A DNA stretch of 64,000 nt, taken from positions 1,364,001-1,428,000 of the forward strand of contig CM039003.1 in NCBI GenBank assembly GCA_017499595.2, read 5' to 3'. This document shows, piece by piece, positions 14,257-27,097 of this stretch. The translations under genes were made by a program, and so were the position numbers. Position 1 is the first letter of the stretch. Every line of letters starts with the position of its first letter. The notes below the pieces were generated by a model, which did not search any database, was not told where the DNA came from, and saw nothing but the letters and a program-made list of their open reading frames with translations. The stretch is from Psilocybe cubensis (lineage: Eukaryota).

Positions 14257-14546
14257 AATGACCGTCATCTTGGGGTACCGGATACTCCAAACAAAACCCA
14301 CTGCGAGCTGCCAAATTTACTCTCCATACTTATAATTGACTTGATACCTGTTCGTCCTCGTTCTTTTTCGCTATCAATTTCTTTTACACGTATCTACATT
14401 CACATTAATTTTGTGTTTCCTACTTTGTTGTGTATTATATCGCAGTCAATCCACCCTCTCATATCAGTTTGTTTTTGTTTAGTAGACCTAATTTTAGCTT
14501 GTATATGTTGTTACTTTGGTTCTGGATGAAACAGTAATACATTTGT

Positions 14547-16259
14547 TCAGACAATGATCTGCGGAGAAGAAGGATAATGAGCTCTAGGGTAGAATGTGTC
14601 AGACATCACCTAAACTGACCGGCCACCCGCTGGAGAAATCAAGTCGGTTGATACCGAGCTACAACGTAGTAATATGCCAGAACAGATACATCAATTATCA
14701 ACGGCATGGTGTGCATCGGAGTATCATTCCACTTACAAAACTACCGGACGGCGTGGAGTAGTCTGCGCATATAGATCGGTGCCAGGTATGTTATTTCAGT
14801 TACAACAAGCAGAACAGTCAAGGTTTGAAGCACTTACGGTAAACGATGATGGGTCCGTCATCATCGTCTATCAGGTCCTGGCCTCCAGGGCCAATAATCT
14901 GAAGAAATAACATAAGAATGAAACCTGATTCGGAGAACTTTGGTACATGATTATACATTATCGTGGCTTCCAAGAACAAGTGTACCACCGCCCGAGGTGA
15001 GCGAAACCCCGTCTTGATCAACAAAGCCGCCCGTTGCACTAAATGATGTGTGGTATTAACGCTTCGAGGATCAGAACAGTGAATATGGGAAGTTATACCT
15101 GGTCGAGCGTCCTACACGAATGTTATAGGTGCTATTGACGCCTCGGCAACATCTGTCCCATGATGTAAAGAGGTAGTAGTAAGCGCCGTTTTTGAACATA
15201 CAGCTGGCTTCAATAGCCTTTGCGTTTGCAGCCGTGCGCTGTGCCAGTGATAGAATTTTGTTGCTTGTAGTTTTCCCGGTCGATGGATTTATCGCCATTT
15301 CCTTGATGCCGGTCCAGAAGCTGCCAAAGGATAATAACCAGTTGGTTCCATCTGAAATTCGCAAATTGGCTGAGGATTGAAGTACTAGACAAAAGTAGAC
15401 AATTTATCGACTTACCTACAATCAAAAGGCTAAAGCCGGCTTTATGTGAGTATTTGAACTTCAGAAATATAAGGACATCTACTTGGGGTCAATAGCCTGG
15501 CATCAAAAATTAATAATTTACTTCAGTTTTCTCAAAGAAACAACTGACGTTGTAATTGTCAGCCTTTGAAGTCGAGATAACCAAACCCAGGTTGTCGAAG
15601 CTTCCTGAAGGAAATTCAGATTTGTTCATTGTATGCATGCCTATACTGCAAACCTGGTTGGCCTGTCGATGATTTTGCGAGAAAAATAGCCGACTGATGA
15701 GGTATAAATCAGAAACAAGTTTCGTCCCGTAATCTGTTATACTTACGTGCTGAGATCCAGAGGTCGATGCTGCATAGTAAAGCTACTCATTCGGTTCGTA
15801 ATTGAGATTAATTCAAGACGGGCATATATATTCTCACATAAAATTCGCCGTTTATGTATGTGCAATCTGGTGCCCACAATGCCCTGTCATGATTGAAAAA
15901 TGGTCGAGAAAAGGCGAGACATCATCTTGACTATATGCCTCACCTATTTGAAGCATTGGTGTATGGGTCTGTCCAAGGAGCCCCATCAGGCCAAACCGTC
16001 CCAATTAGATTCCAGGTGACGCGATCCTTCGAGGTTCTGATCTGTATTCCAACGGCAGACGCTGTAACGAACTTAGATAGGAATGTACCGATATGTTTAC
16101 TGAATTATACGCATAGAAAATAAAGTAAGTTCCGTCTTTGTCCTTGCAGATGGTCGGGTCATGAACAGCCGTGTTTCCTTTCACTGGCTCAGGATTAACA
16201 AATGCGCGCCCCAGGGTTACAAGAGCAAGAGAGGGCAAAAGTGCAGTGAACCAACGCAT
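14547..16259 (-). CDS. Secreted GH43 endo-1,5-alpha-L-arabinanase, paralog 1
   Basis: Signal peptide MRWFTALLPSLAL, catalytic motifs VHDP, AIDP and IEAS, plus LWAPD, SFGSFWTGI, YYYLFTSWD and GPGGQD. Ends DFSSGWPIIV* after splicing. Confidence 0.92.
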
Positions 16260-16963
16260 TTTGGGAAACTGTTTGCGGTGGAAAGTCCAGTCTGCCAGAA
16301 ATTTATAGGGCTGCCAGAGTGTGGCAGCTCCAATCTGGAATTAGATGAAGTTGGAGAATCTTGGAGTCGAAGCATTATATACCCTACAATGACGGGGTAA
16401 GTCCAGTCATAAGAACGAGCAATCCGTTCGTTGAAGGCTTTGCCGAGGCTTTTAATGGCAGTGTGCACTGAACGTTGGTGAATGAACTGGCAGGAATGAC
16501 GCGCTTCTGCGTTCAGGGGACAGACTTCTGTGCTTTTCATAGTTCATCGAAGCTCTTAGCATCAGATTAATATCCACCTCAAATGAAATGATCGCCACAT
16601 ATAAAAAGTCAAGGAAAACGTTGTGGGCCGAGTCTAAGGAAGCATACTAGATGATTAACCTCAAACAATGTCGGAAATAGCAAGATACCATTCATGCACT
16701 TGTGAACGGAATTGGCTTCATGTCACTGCAACGGGATCCAGCTGTCTTGGGACTGAAGGGGAACGGTGGAAGAGGTTTTATGGGTTTTGTGCCGGATCAG
16801 GGGAATGAGACAATGAAGGCAAGGACACTGTCCCGAAGACAATATAACCCACCATAAAAATAAACCCAGGCTTTTTGCCCCACAATATATTCAATATGTG
16901 TGACTACAACATAGTGTCCTTTTGTCCTAACATCATCAATGAACGTCAGGATCATGAATTCGA

Positions 16964-18628
16964 TTACACGACGACCTAAGAGAACAGTGTGAGCATATAG
17001 AGATTTCCATAAATTGCGCTACTAACTGGCCATCCGCTCGAGAAATCAAGGCGGTTGATACCAAGCTAAGACAGAATTGATTGTCAAAGAAATACAAAAG
17101 CATCCCTGATTTAATTACTTACGAAACTTCCGGAAGGCGTGTAGTAATCTGTTCATTCAGGATCAAGTAAAATCAACGAGAAGGAAAACAGAATAAATAT
17201 TGTAATATGCTTACGATAGACCAATATGGGACCGTCATTGTCAACCATTAGGTCTTGGCCACCAGGTCCAATGATCTTCAAAGATGAAAAGAATCATCAG
17301 CAGCACGAAAATAGTCAGATAATTTCAGTACTGGTCACCTTGTCATGACTCCCAAGGACGAGCGTGCCACCGCCTGAAGTGAGCGCAACGCCAGCCTGAT
17401 CAACGAATCCACCTGTCGCCCTAAAATCGATTTTAATCGTCGTTAGTGATTAATAAAAAACTACTATTCATGTGCACATACTTGGTAGACCTTCCTACAC
17501 GAATATTGTAAGTACTGTTGACACCTTGGCAGCAGTTATCCCAGGATGTAAAAAGGTAGTAGAAATTGCCGTTCTTGAAAATGACACTGGCTTCGATAGC
17601 GCCGTTGTTCGCTGTGCGCTGTGCAAGCGCGGTAACGGTGTTGCTTGAGAGTTTTCCTGTTGACGAGCTGAGTGACATTTCTTTGATACCGGTCCAGAAA
17701 CTTCCGAGGGACAGGAGCCAGTTACTTCCATCTGCAGAAAAGATTTCAATGATCACATACACTCAGTCGGAAAATGTGTAGGCGCACCGATCAAAAGGCT
17801 GCAGAACCATGAGCATATAAGGTTATGCACTAATAATGTGAAAGGCATAAGGTGGCCTTACTTAGGATCAATAGCCTGTCCTCAAGGTCAATTTAAACAA
17901 ATGATTCTGGATGGAATGAATCATCATACATTGTAGTTATTAGCGCTTGAAGTCGACGTGACCAAACCCAAGTTGCTAAAGCTTCCTTTGGAACATTTAG
18001 ATCTATTTCCCGTGGAAAATGATAAAGCTAACCTGGTTGACCAGTCGAAGACTTGGCGAAGAAGATGGCTGACTGACATGACATGGCTTAGGACGTAAAT
18101 CATCGACGACGGTGAGGAGAACTCACATTCTGAGAGCCAAAACTTGAAGCGGCATAATAAAGCTATATCGGTGTTTTAGACAGCTACAGAAACGATAGAA
18201 CTGTGTTCTAACATAGAATTCCCCATTCAAGTACGTGCAATCAGGCGCCCACAGGTTTCTGGATTGATGAGTGAGAAGGCCAAGAGAGGGTTCAGGATGC
18301 TGTTGCGATCTTACCCGTTGGATGTTCCGGTGTATTGGTCTGTCCAAGGAGCGCCGTTAGGCCAAACTGTTCCAATCAGAGTCCAAGCGGTACGGTCTTT
18401 TGAGGTTCTGATTTCAATTCCAACAGCAGTGGCTTTGGGAGTATTTAAAAATATGCATCCGAATTTTGAATGAATAAACGTACAAAAAATGAAGTAAGTC
18501 CCATCATTGTCCTTGCACATGGTCGGATCATGGACAGCTGTATTTCCGGTCACTACTCCGGGACCGACGACTGCACGTCCTAGAGACGCAAGGGCAAGTG
18601 AAGGTAGAATTGCAGAGAGCCAATGCAT
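16964..18628 (-). CDS. Secreted GH43 endo-1,5-alpha-L-arabinanase, paralog 2 (tandem duplicate)
   Basis: Signal peptide MHWLSAILPSLAL, motifs VHDP, WAPD, AIDP, IEAS and GPGGQD. Exon layout matches paralog 1. Ends DFSSGWPVVV*. Confidence 0.92.
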
Positions 18629-19444
18629 TTCGGGGAATATAATGGGGGGTCTTGGTGTGTCTGCATTTCCAGAGATTTATACAACGAGATTCGACTTCTC
18701 TCCGAGGTTAGTAGGACAGCTCCAAGAAGCCCGACTAAAATCACAGTAAAGGTAGGAAAAATTTGGAGTGAAAACATCGGAAATTTTGCCAGCATGTAGT
18801 CACGCAACCCGTTGAAAGGATCCGTACGTCGGTCCAACCTTCGCTGATGCATGCAATGACAATGAATGACATACATCTGGGTATAGCACATTCAGCACCA
18901 CACCGCAACAAAGGTCACAGGTTCATTACACCAGTTCTTGTCCAATGGATAGAGAAGATGGATTGTTTAAAGCAACTTCCCGAAGAACCTCGTACATAAC
19001 TGCCATACCGAAATAAAAGTCAAGGGGCCGCGAGCAGTTGCATGGATGAAAACCGAAGATAGACAGACGGTCCGGGTCCGTCTCATGAGGTTGTTGAAAG
19101 TGGCTGTGTCAAGCTCGTGATCGCCATTCGTTCAACCTGACATCTTGCAATTTGGTGCACTGCCAGCGAATTTCAACCGTACAAGCTGAGCTTGTAACAC
19201 AAACAACTTCATAAAGCAAGTTATCTCGAGTTTACGATTTCCTAGCTATCCCTGGTGGCCGACTCCATTCACAGTTCCTCCTCATTACAAGTTTAAGTGC
19301 ACACTTTCTGCATACTTCGGGTGCAATCCGGGCGCGTCATATTTCTCATACCCGGACTAGACATGAGTGGAAATGCAATAAAGTCAACGAGCGCAGTCCC
19401 TGTTTTGCTTTCCCGCTCCTCCTCAAACCCCTTTCACACAAAAC

Positions 19445-21177
19445 ATGACTACCTTTTCTTCAACTGGCCAGCAAAAGGCAGTCCGATGGCATCCACCTTC
19501 TTATGATATCCGTGTGGAAACGGTCCCGATCCCTCAGTGCGTCATTGGCGATTGCCTATTCTTGGGAAATATTGCTTTCAGGGGCTAATCGCGCTTGGGC
19601 TATCGTTCCAGGATTTTACAACCTGACGATGCGATCGTCAAGGTCAAGGTTAGTGTCGTCCATAATATACTGAATCTACTCTCGAGGTTGATTCATCTGC
19701 TTGCGATCGCAAAGTATGGCGCGCTTTGTGGTAAACTTTCAATTTATTTAAACCTGTGGTGGAGATGCAATGAATGATCTCTCGACTCCAGGAAGCGATT
19801 TACACGTCTACCGCGGTCACGGAGGGATTGAAGCGAAAGTGTAAGACCTCAGAACAATGAAAGCTTGTTGGATCGTTATTCAATGATTGTGTCTAGGCAT
19901 ATATGCGGTCACGAATTTATAGGCGAGGTAGTTGCTCTTGGAGCTAGTTATGGTGGGCACTCACCAGGACGACCACCGCTCTATTCGAGCTTGAAGGTTG
20001 GAGACAAAGTGGTGTCCCCTTTCACTGTGAATTGTGGCGAATGCCAGTAAGCGATGATATTCCATGGTAGCCTTAATATGCTGAAAGACTATCTCTTAGT
20101 GTCTGCCGCCTTGGATTTACTGGACGATGTCCAGAAGGTTTTTTGTTTGGCTCTCCTGCCCTTGACGGGGGTCAAGCTCAATATGTCCGGGTACCCAAGG
20201 CAGGCGGGACGCTCTTTAACCTAAGCGACTCATCCACTTGGTCCAGCAACCTTCCAAAGGAAGCACGAGAACAAGCCTTATCTAATCTCGCAGACAGCTC
20301 GCTCCTCATTCTGGCGGACATTTTGCCTACAGGGGTGTTTGCTACCCTTCAAGCGTTGAATCATCCAAAAGTGGCCCCTGTCCTCACAGGCAGGTCGTGG
20401 CCGCTTTGCTTCGAAAAGGAGGTGTCTGGTGGGAACGAAGTCAGCTTTACTGATGAGGATAGGGTGCTGAACGTTGCTATCATTGGATTGGGCCCCGTTG
20501 GTGTTTGCACCACTGTCAGCATGCTTGACGCAGTTGCGAACCGGAAAATTTCTTATAGGATTGTAGCGGTTGACCCAAATGAGTCTCGGCGCGAGAAAAT
20601 GAAGGCCGTCTATGAGGCTATTGATGCCTCTGGAAAGGGCACTGGTCAATTCGCCGTCTGTGATATTGAAGAGTCCAAGAAAGTGGTCAAGGAATGGACA
20701 TCGGGAGTAGGATGCACTGCAGTTCTAGAGGTACATTATTTTTTGAACTGTATTATGTGGATCTAATCAGAATGTCGACAGGTTGTCGGAAATACTAGTG
20801 CAATTAGTCTCGCATATGACCTCGTTCGTGCCTTTGGCGCCATCGTTTCGGTTGGGGTACATGGTGCTCCTCCTCTTCCTTTGACAGGAAGTCAGTTATA
20901 TAACAAGAATGTGTCATTCGATTTTGGAAGATGTCCTGCACGCGCCATGTTCCCTCCGGCTTTTGACCTGCTGGGTGAGTCGTCAAATTCAAAGCACCAG
21001 AAAACAATCATGACTTATCTTTGCCTAACCACAGTCCGGAGACAGGATGTCTTTGGAGGCGTAGGAGAGAAGGCTAGTTTGATCGACAAAATCGTTGGCT
21101 TTGACGAAGCCGTTGAGAGCTATAGGGCATTTGACAAAGGAGAAGTTGGAAAGGTTATCTTCGATCCTTGGAAGTAA
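19445..21177 (+). CDS. Zinc-dependent medium-chain alcohol dehydrogenase (formaldehyde dehydrogenase-like MDR)
   Basis: ALCGSDLH, CGHEFIGEV, structural-Zn cysteines CGEC.VC...GRC, GGQAQYVRVP, LADILPTG, and Rossmann motif IIGLGPVG. Confidence 0.9.
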
Positions 21178-21496
21178 TCTCCCGCTCTTTATTCAAAAGA
21201 CGTAACGAAATAAGAACAAGAACGTTGGAAAAGAGTTTTGTTATATAGGGTGTATTCTGACTGATTTTTAAACCTCACTCAATTGCATGACTTCAATAAT
21301 TTTTCAGCTGCACCACTGATTTCTTTTCCATATCCAGGGGCCTGAGCGCGCTCAAATAAGTCTATTTTTATTTCAATGATGACAATCTATTTTTATATCA
21401 ACCTCATCTACTTTTCATAATTCATTTTCATGGTAGAGTGCAAGGTTTAGCTTAAATTCTCATAATACTTATGCAGCTTCAAAATACAGTATCTCG

Positions 21497-22298
21497 CTAA
21501 GCTTCCTTCAAAACAATGTGCTTAAAATCCATATGGGCAATCCCAAAGATCTTCCCACCCAGAGCAGCTACAGAAGGCGTTTGGATCACCTTTAAATGAG
21601 CCTAACAAAAGAGGCACCATTAGCAACTTGAAATTCGCATTTAGAATAGCACCCTTTCACATAGACACACCTCAATGCTGTCCCAACCAGCAGCTTGGGC
21701 ATAGTCAGATTGATCAGAATTTACCACTGGGCCTCGAACTAACGGCAGATGAATACCATCCTGCCCAGCCACGCCCGCCTTGATCAACTCTGCCACTTCA
21801 TCAATCTCAGCTTGTGTATGTCCCTCCTTTGGTTTGACGATTGCAAACTCTGTCACAGCCGCGCTGAAGGCGTTCGTCGGATCGTTATCATAGTCTATGA
21901 GATGGACGGATGGACCAGGTGCTGTGAACAGCTTTGAGAAGAGTGGCATGAATCCAGAGTGAAACTCTGGATGTTGTGAGGCTTGTTTGTGCAGTTCAGG
22001 TGATTTCCATACTGTCCAGAATATAGCCGTCCGTCAAATCAAACAGTGTTGTAGGAGGAATTAATACGAACAAACGAATATATGGGCATGGGTGGGCTCT
22101 TGCACCTCAAATCCCCAGAACACCCTACAAGTCAAAATTTAACACTCTGGGATTAGCGAGGAGAATGAAGAAGTACTTCAAAAACCCTGTGATATTATTA
22201 TCGAGCCATACTTTTAGTTGGTCAAACAGAGATTTGTCTGCAAGGAATCCCTCCGATGCAGTGAAAGCAAGGTGTTCAACATATGATCTGTTTGCCAT
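21497..22298 (-). CDS. Hypothetical protein, probable tandem dimeric alpha+beta barrel (ABM-like) fungal family
   Basis: Four exons with GT-AG boundaries. Repeated W.S.E.H-type motifs (WKSPELH, GWDSIEAH) and AVTEFAIV. Ends HIVLKEA*. Confidence 0.6.
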
Positions 22299-23019
22299 AA
22301 AGTTGTTGATTGGAGGCACAACGGCTTCAGGTTTAGAAAAACGTGCTGAGAATTGAAGGGTGGGCATTCAAAGGGCCATATCATCTTGTCTTTATACTAT
22401 TAACAAAACGAAATGGGCCCCCTGTTTCGCCAAATGGGCGTTTGTCATCTGACCGTCGGCTGTCGGGCGCCTGTGGGTCTTCGACAATGATCCGAGATAC
22501 CGATTCCGCATAACCCGACAGGTAATCTAGACGCACACGCTTCATCATCACTTTACGGCTTCAACTCAAGTTAGGTCTGATTAAGCGAGACAATATCGCT
22601 GCTGAGTACGCTGACAACGATATGCATGATTTTAATTACACCGTGAAGACTGTTAGCAAGTAGACCACTTACTGCGCATGAGCCTACATTGATGAATTCT
22701 GCGTAGATAAATAAACAATCTTGTAAGACCAACCGAATGATATACACGAACCAATTTCATGTCCTTGATAGTGTCATTGTCCCCTACATTGATTGGAGTT
22801 GTGCCGGAAGTTGAAGAATGATAGCCAGACAAGATTAGTCCGCTAAGGTCGTAATAGGATAGGATAGGATAGGTTTCGTGATGACATTTGAGTCACAGGT
22901 ATCAAAATGAGTCAGATGGTATAAGCAATTTGCATCGACTGGGACGGATGTTGAAACTCGGAGGAGAGGAAGACAAGATCTAATGAGAGAGAGAAAAGAA
23001 TAAGGAATAAGAGTGCACA

Positions 23020-24173
23020 TCACTCTATACGGTCCCAGGAAGGCAAGCGAACGACAGAGGGTAAATTGTCCCAAACTTCTTGTCGAAGCAAAGAGGTTTC
23101 ACGAGCAAAATCCGAGCGACAACGTTTACATATAGCAGAATCTGCTGAAACTCTGTTTATAGTTTGCAACATAAAATGCAAGGGTCCAGTCCGCAAACTC
23201 CACGACCGACGCAGTTGGGAAACTAAGCGTGAGAAGGCTTTCCCGCAAGTATCAATGCTACTGGGCCCACAGCTTGGGGTTATGATTCGCTTGCCACAGA
23301 AATCTCGAATGAAATCCTCCAGAATCTGAAGTCGATGTTGATACATGAGTGAATAGAGTAAGATGTCAGAAGGTGCCAGTATAGATGACGGTTTTGAGGG
23401 GTGTTCAAGCAGAAGTTTTGGATGATCACCAGAAAGAATATCAGACAGCGAGTATAGAGATAGGAAATAAAGAGCAGAAGGAACCACAATATTGATGTCA
23501 GTTTCCCTTGCGAGATTAAGAACGTGTAAGGGATGTACGAATGGGTAGGTGAGCCCATTGACTGGCTGAGAATTTAAAGCGATCTCGACCATGCTGTCGT
23601 GTCCTTCAAGCGTTGAAGACCACGTCTGTGTAAGGTACTTTATTGCGCTTTGCCGGGGTTGTTCAATCATGTATTTTGTCGTGAGACGTAGAATGCCAGC
23701 CAGGTAAAAAAAACCGTCCGCGTCTTGGTTCGTAAAATTACTGGAAATGTACTAGAGTCACAAAGTGTATCCTGAGCATTGGGACATCTCGACTTACGGA
23801 CTGTCATATATGGCATTGAAGAGATTTGACAGTTCGAGAGGCAAGTCGTATATGTATACGACTTGGCACCCTTCAAAAGACTCTGCTTCTGAATCCAAAA
23901 CTTGCGGGAGTTCAAACATATGACTGAATACTTCCGAGTGCCTCGCCTAGACGGAACATTAGGCTTTATCCACACTCATTGCAATTGTGTATCATACAAG
24001 CACTCCTCGATGGAGCCGAAAGGCAGTTGGATCTTCCTGTGTGATGAGCACAATGTTTCCGTCATCAAACCACGGCTTGTATTATATCAGAAGATAATCA
24101 CACAGGGACCTAGTATGAAACATACCTCTCCCCGTTTAACTTCACGTCTGCCCAGTGACACTCTGCGGTTCAT
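23020..24173 (-). CDS. Fungal BTB/POZ-domain protein
   Basis: PWFDDGNIVLI, FHVHRGVL, LARHSEVFSHMF, VVYIYDLP, GILRLTTKYMI and VVPSALYFLS are typical of the agaricomycete BTB family. Frame is intact across introns. Confidence 0.82.
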
Positions 24174-24481
24174 GAGATGAATATATCCCGACGAATCGAG
24201 ATTTGCGTGAATAGGGTTGCTTTTCTTAAAGAGTGTTGCTACAATTGCAGACCCCAGAATATTAGAGGAGTGATCCAGCACCGTTTAACGCGTAGTGCAA
24301 TGGTTTTGAAGCCTGTATTCGTGGCAGGTGATGGTCGACATTGAGAGGTAGGATCCGGTCGCGTCAAAGTTGGGTTGTTTGGGTTTAGTTGGCAACAACC
24401 TCCGAGAAGGTGTTCAGTCAGTGGCAAATGACTTTGATCTGAATTGTAATCTTGTTGAAGCTCAGATAATAATATTAATTC

Positions 24482-26921
24482 ATGACCGACACTCCTCGTT
24501 CTCGTTCAATATCCAGGGCAGGCACCCCTGTGCTAGCTCGATCCTCCCCTTCTCGCTTATCCATTCCGCCAGCACTACGGCCCACCCCCTCGCTCTCCAA
24601 TTTGCATATCCATAGCCACACTACAGGTGCATCTTCGTTGCAGTCGAATCCAGATACACCCATGAAATCAGCAGATAATTTCCTGGATAGTTCCGCGTCT
24701 TCGGTCATAGACATGGAACCTGCGGAGGGGATTTTGATTCAAGATATCGACACCGACATGAACCACACAGATACAGAAGATATTGAAACAATAGACAAAG
24801 CCGCTGTGTCCACTCAAAATGATGGAACGAAGCAACTTCTAAGAGATCAGCTTCGGAAGAGTCTGACGTACAAGGTTGCCCATGCAGGTTAGGGGCCACT
24901 CCGTTCTTACCTGCCAATTCCCGCCTTATTGATGATATAGCAGCACAACCGGGTCCTTCAAGGTTGCCAATGCCAGGCTCTCAACCAGAAGACAAGGAAT
25001 TGAATTTTTCGGGGGGTGAATTCGCTTTCCACCTGAAACGATAACCATTGATTCCATTCCAGTTTCTGTATATCCTCCTAGAGAGTACTTTGTTCTTACT
25101 GATGCTGGCAAGCCGGTGTTCATAAGGTGCGCTCCCACATTATTACTCGCCCATATCTAATGATGAGGTCTGAATATAACGCGTTATAGCCGACCTGGGG
25201 GTGTAGATCAAGACGCTATGGCCTCAACAATAGGTATCATGCAAGCTTTGATCTCTGTTTTCCTCGACGAGAACGATAAGATAAGGTCGATAAATGCTGG
25301 ACGGACGCGTATCACGTTTGTGTTACGGTCCCCGCTGTATTATGTGTGTGCTTCTTCATGGGGCGAGCCCGAATCCATTGTACGTGCATTACTTTGTTTT
25401 TGATTCGTATCGTTGATGAATTGACCTGCGACGTCTTCGAATTTGTGAAGGAAGACAAGATCGCATCTTGAATATCTTCATCTTCAAATTCTGAGTATTG
25501 TCACTGCCTCACAGCTCAAACGAATATTTGAGCGAAGGACAAATTTTGACTTGAGGCGGCTTCTAAATGGTATGCGCTTCTTCAAGTTTTGTGCACCAGA
25601 GGCTTGACTTCGATCCATTAAGGCGCAGAACCGTTTATGAACTCTCTGCTTGTCAGATTAGAAACCGACATTGCAATGACGACGTCGTCTTTGAATTGTT
25701 TAAAGATGGAACCAGGTCTTCGGAAACGTATAGCGGAATCCCTTGTTCCGAGCTCCAAGATGAAAGTATGTTGTCGATGGAATGTCATCCTTGGCCTACT
25801 ATTAATGCCAAACCAGGACATGCTATACATCATTATGATTGCGAGTAATCGTGTAGTGACGTTAATACGTCCCAGAAAGCATTCGATACATCCAGCTGGT
25901 GGGTTACAATCCCAATTGTCCTACTCACGTTAACTAAACACCATTCCGCAATCAGACCTACATATCATCATGAACACCATTCATTCACCGTCTATATATA
26001 ACTCCCCTGCATCTGCATCTTGGATACCCGTTTGTCTCCCAAAATTCAATCCCTCTGGCTTCGTGAATGCATACATCACCTTTCTCCGCAAAGACGATGC
26101 CGTTCACCTTAACGAACCTATAACATTCGCTCCAACCCCAGACCCGGAGTCGCCATCATCAACAGAAACTATATCCAATAAGTCAGATCCACAGGAGGGA
26201 TTGAACGAGTCTGGGATCGCGCTTGTATGTATCAATGGAGGCGGGGAATTGGAACTGATCAGAAGTTGGTGTGATTCAGTTGTCAAAGTTAGTATATTAT
26301 ATTTTTTCCATGCCATTTTCGAGTCCGTGGGGTGATTCTGTGTGTTGACTAATCTTTTCAGAAATTGACTTCTGATGGGACGTTGACCGCCCTCCTCAAT
26401 GCTTACCAAGCTAAAGAAATGGACTACTCGGTATCCCAGCTAGGAATTCCTGGGCTGCGCCATTTTGTGTACAAATCGCGAACACAAGTACAGATCACGT
26501 TGCCCATTTTTGAGGACCCTTACGACCAGCCAAATGCCAGGAAGAGGTGAGCTGCATTTCCTATGGCTCTCGTTTTAGGATGGTTATGTCGATCTCGTCC
26601 CCCACATTCTAGGCTTATCACACTGTATCAAAACATACACGATGCAATACATGCAAAATCGGGACAGGAAGCCGGACTAAAGCTGCAATATATCAGAACG
26701 GAATCGGAGAGCGTGATGGGTTGGGTAAGCTTTTAACAGTCCGATTTGTGCAGCGACCTGAATCTGTCATTTTTCAACAGATTACTCAGCCATTCGAGCT
26801 TTACATTTCCATTTCACCTTTGCTACCGAAGAGCGCTGCAGTCGGTGCTGCCAATGCGGTCGCTCGCTGGGTCAAGAGGGAGGAAGCTCGGTTATTTTTA
26901 CGAGACGCGCCTGTGTTTTGA
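24482..26921 (+). CDS. MON1: Vacuolar fusion protein Mon1 (Rab7/Ypt7 GEF subunit)
   Basis: EYFVLTDAGKPVF, IGIMQALISVF, LEYLHLQILS, FERRTNFDLRRLL, SIHPADL, WIPVCLPKFN, LRHFVYKSR and WITQPFELY. Confidence 0.93.
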
Positions 26922-27097
26922 AGTGGCTGTAATGTCATTTTTGTCAAAGCACAGTTATACATAAACGAAAGTCAATCATATGAACACCTTTCAAAAATAC
27001 AAGATATACCAAAAGGTGAAGTGGATAAAGCACGGTTAAAGGGTGTGATATGTACCAAAAGTTTAGTCATCAAGTTAACCAAACACAACAATCATTG

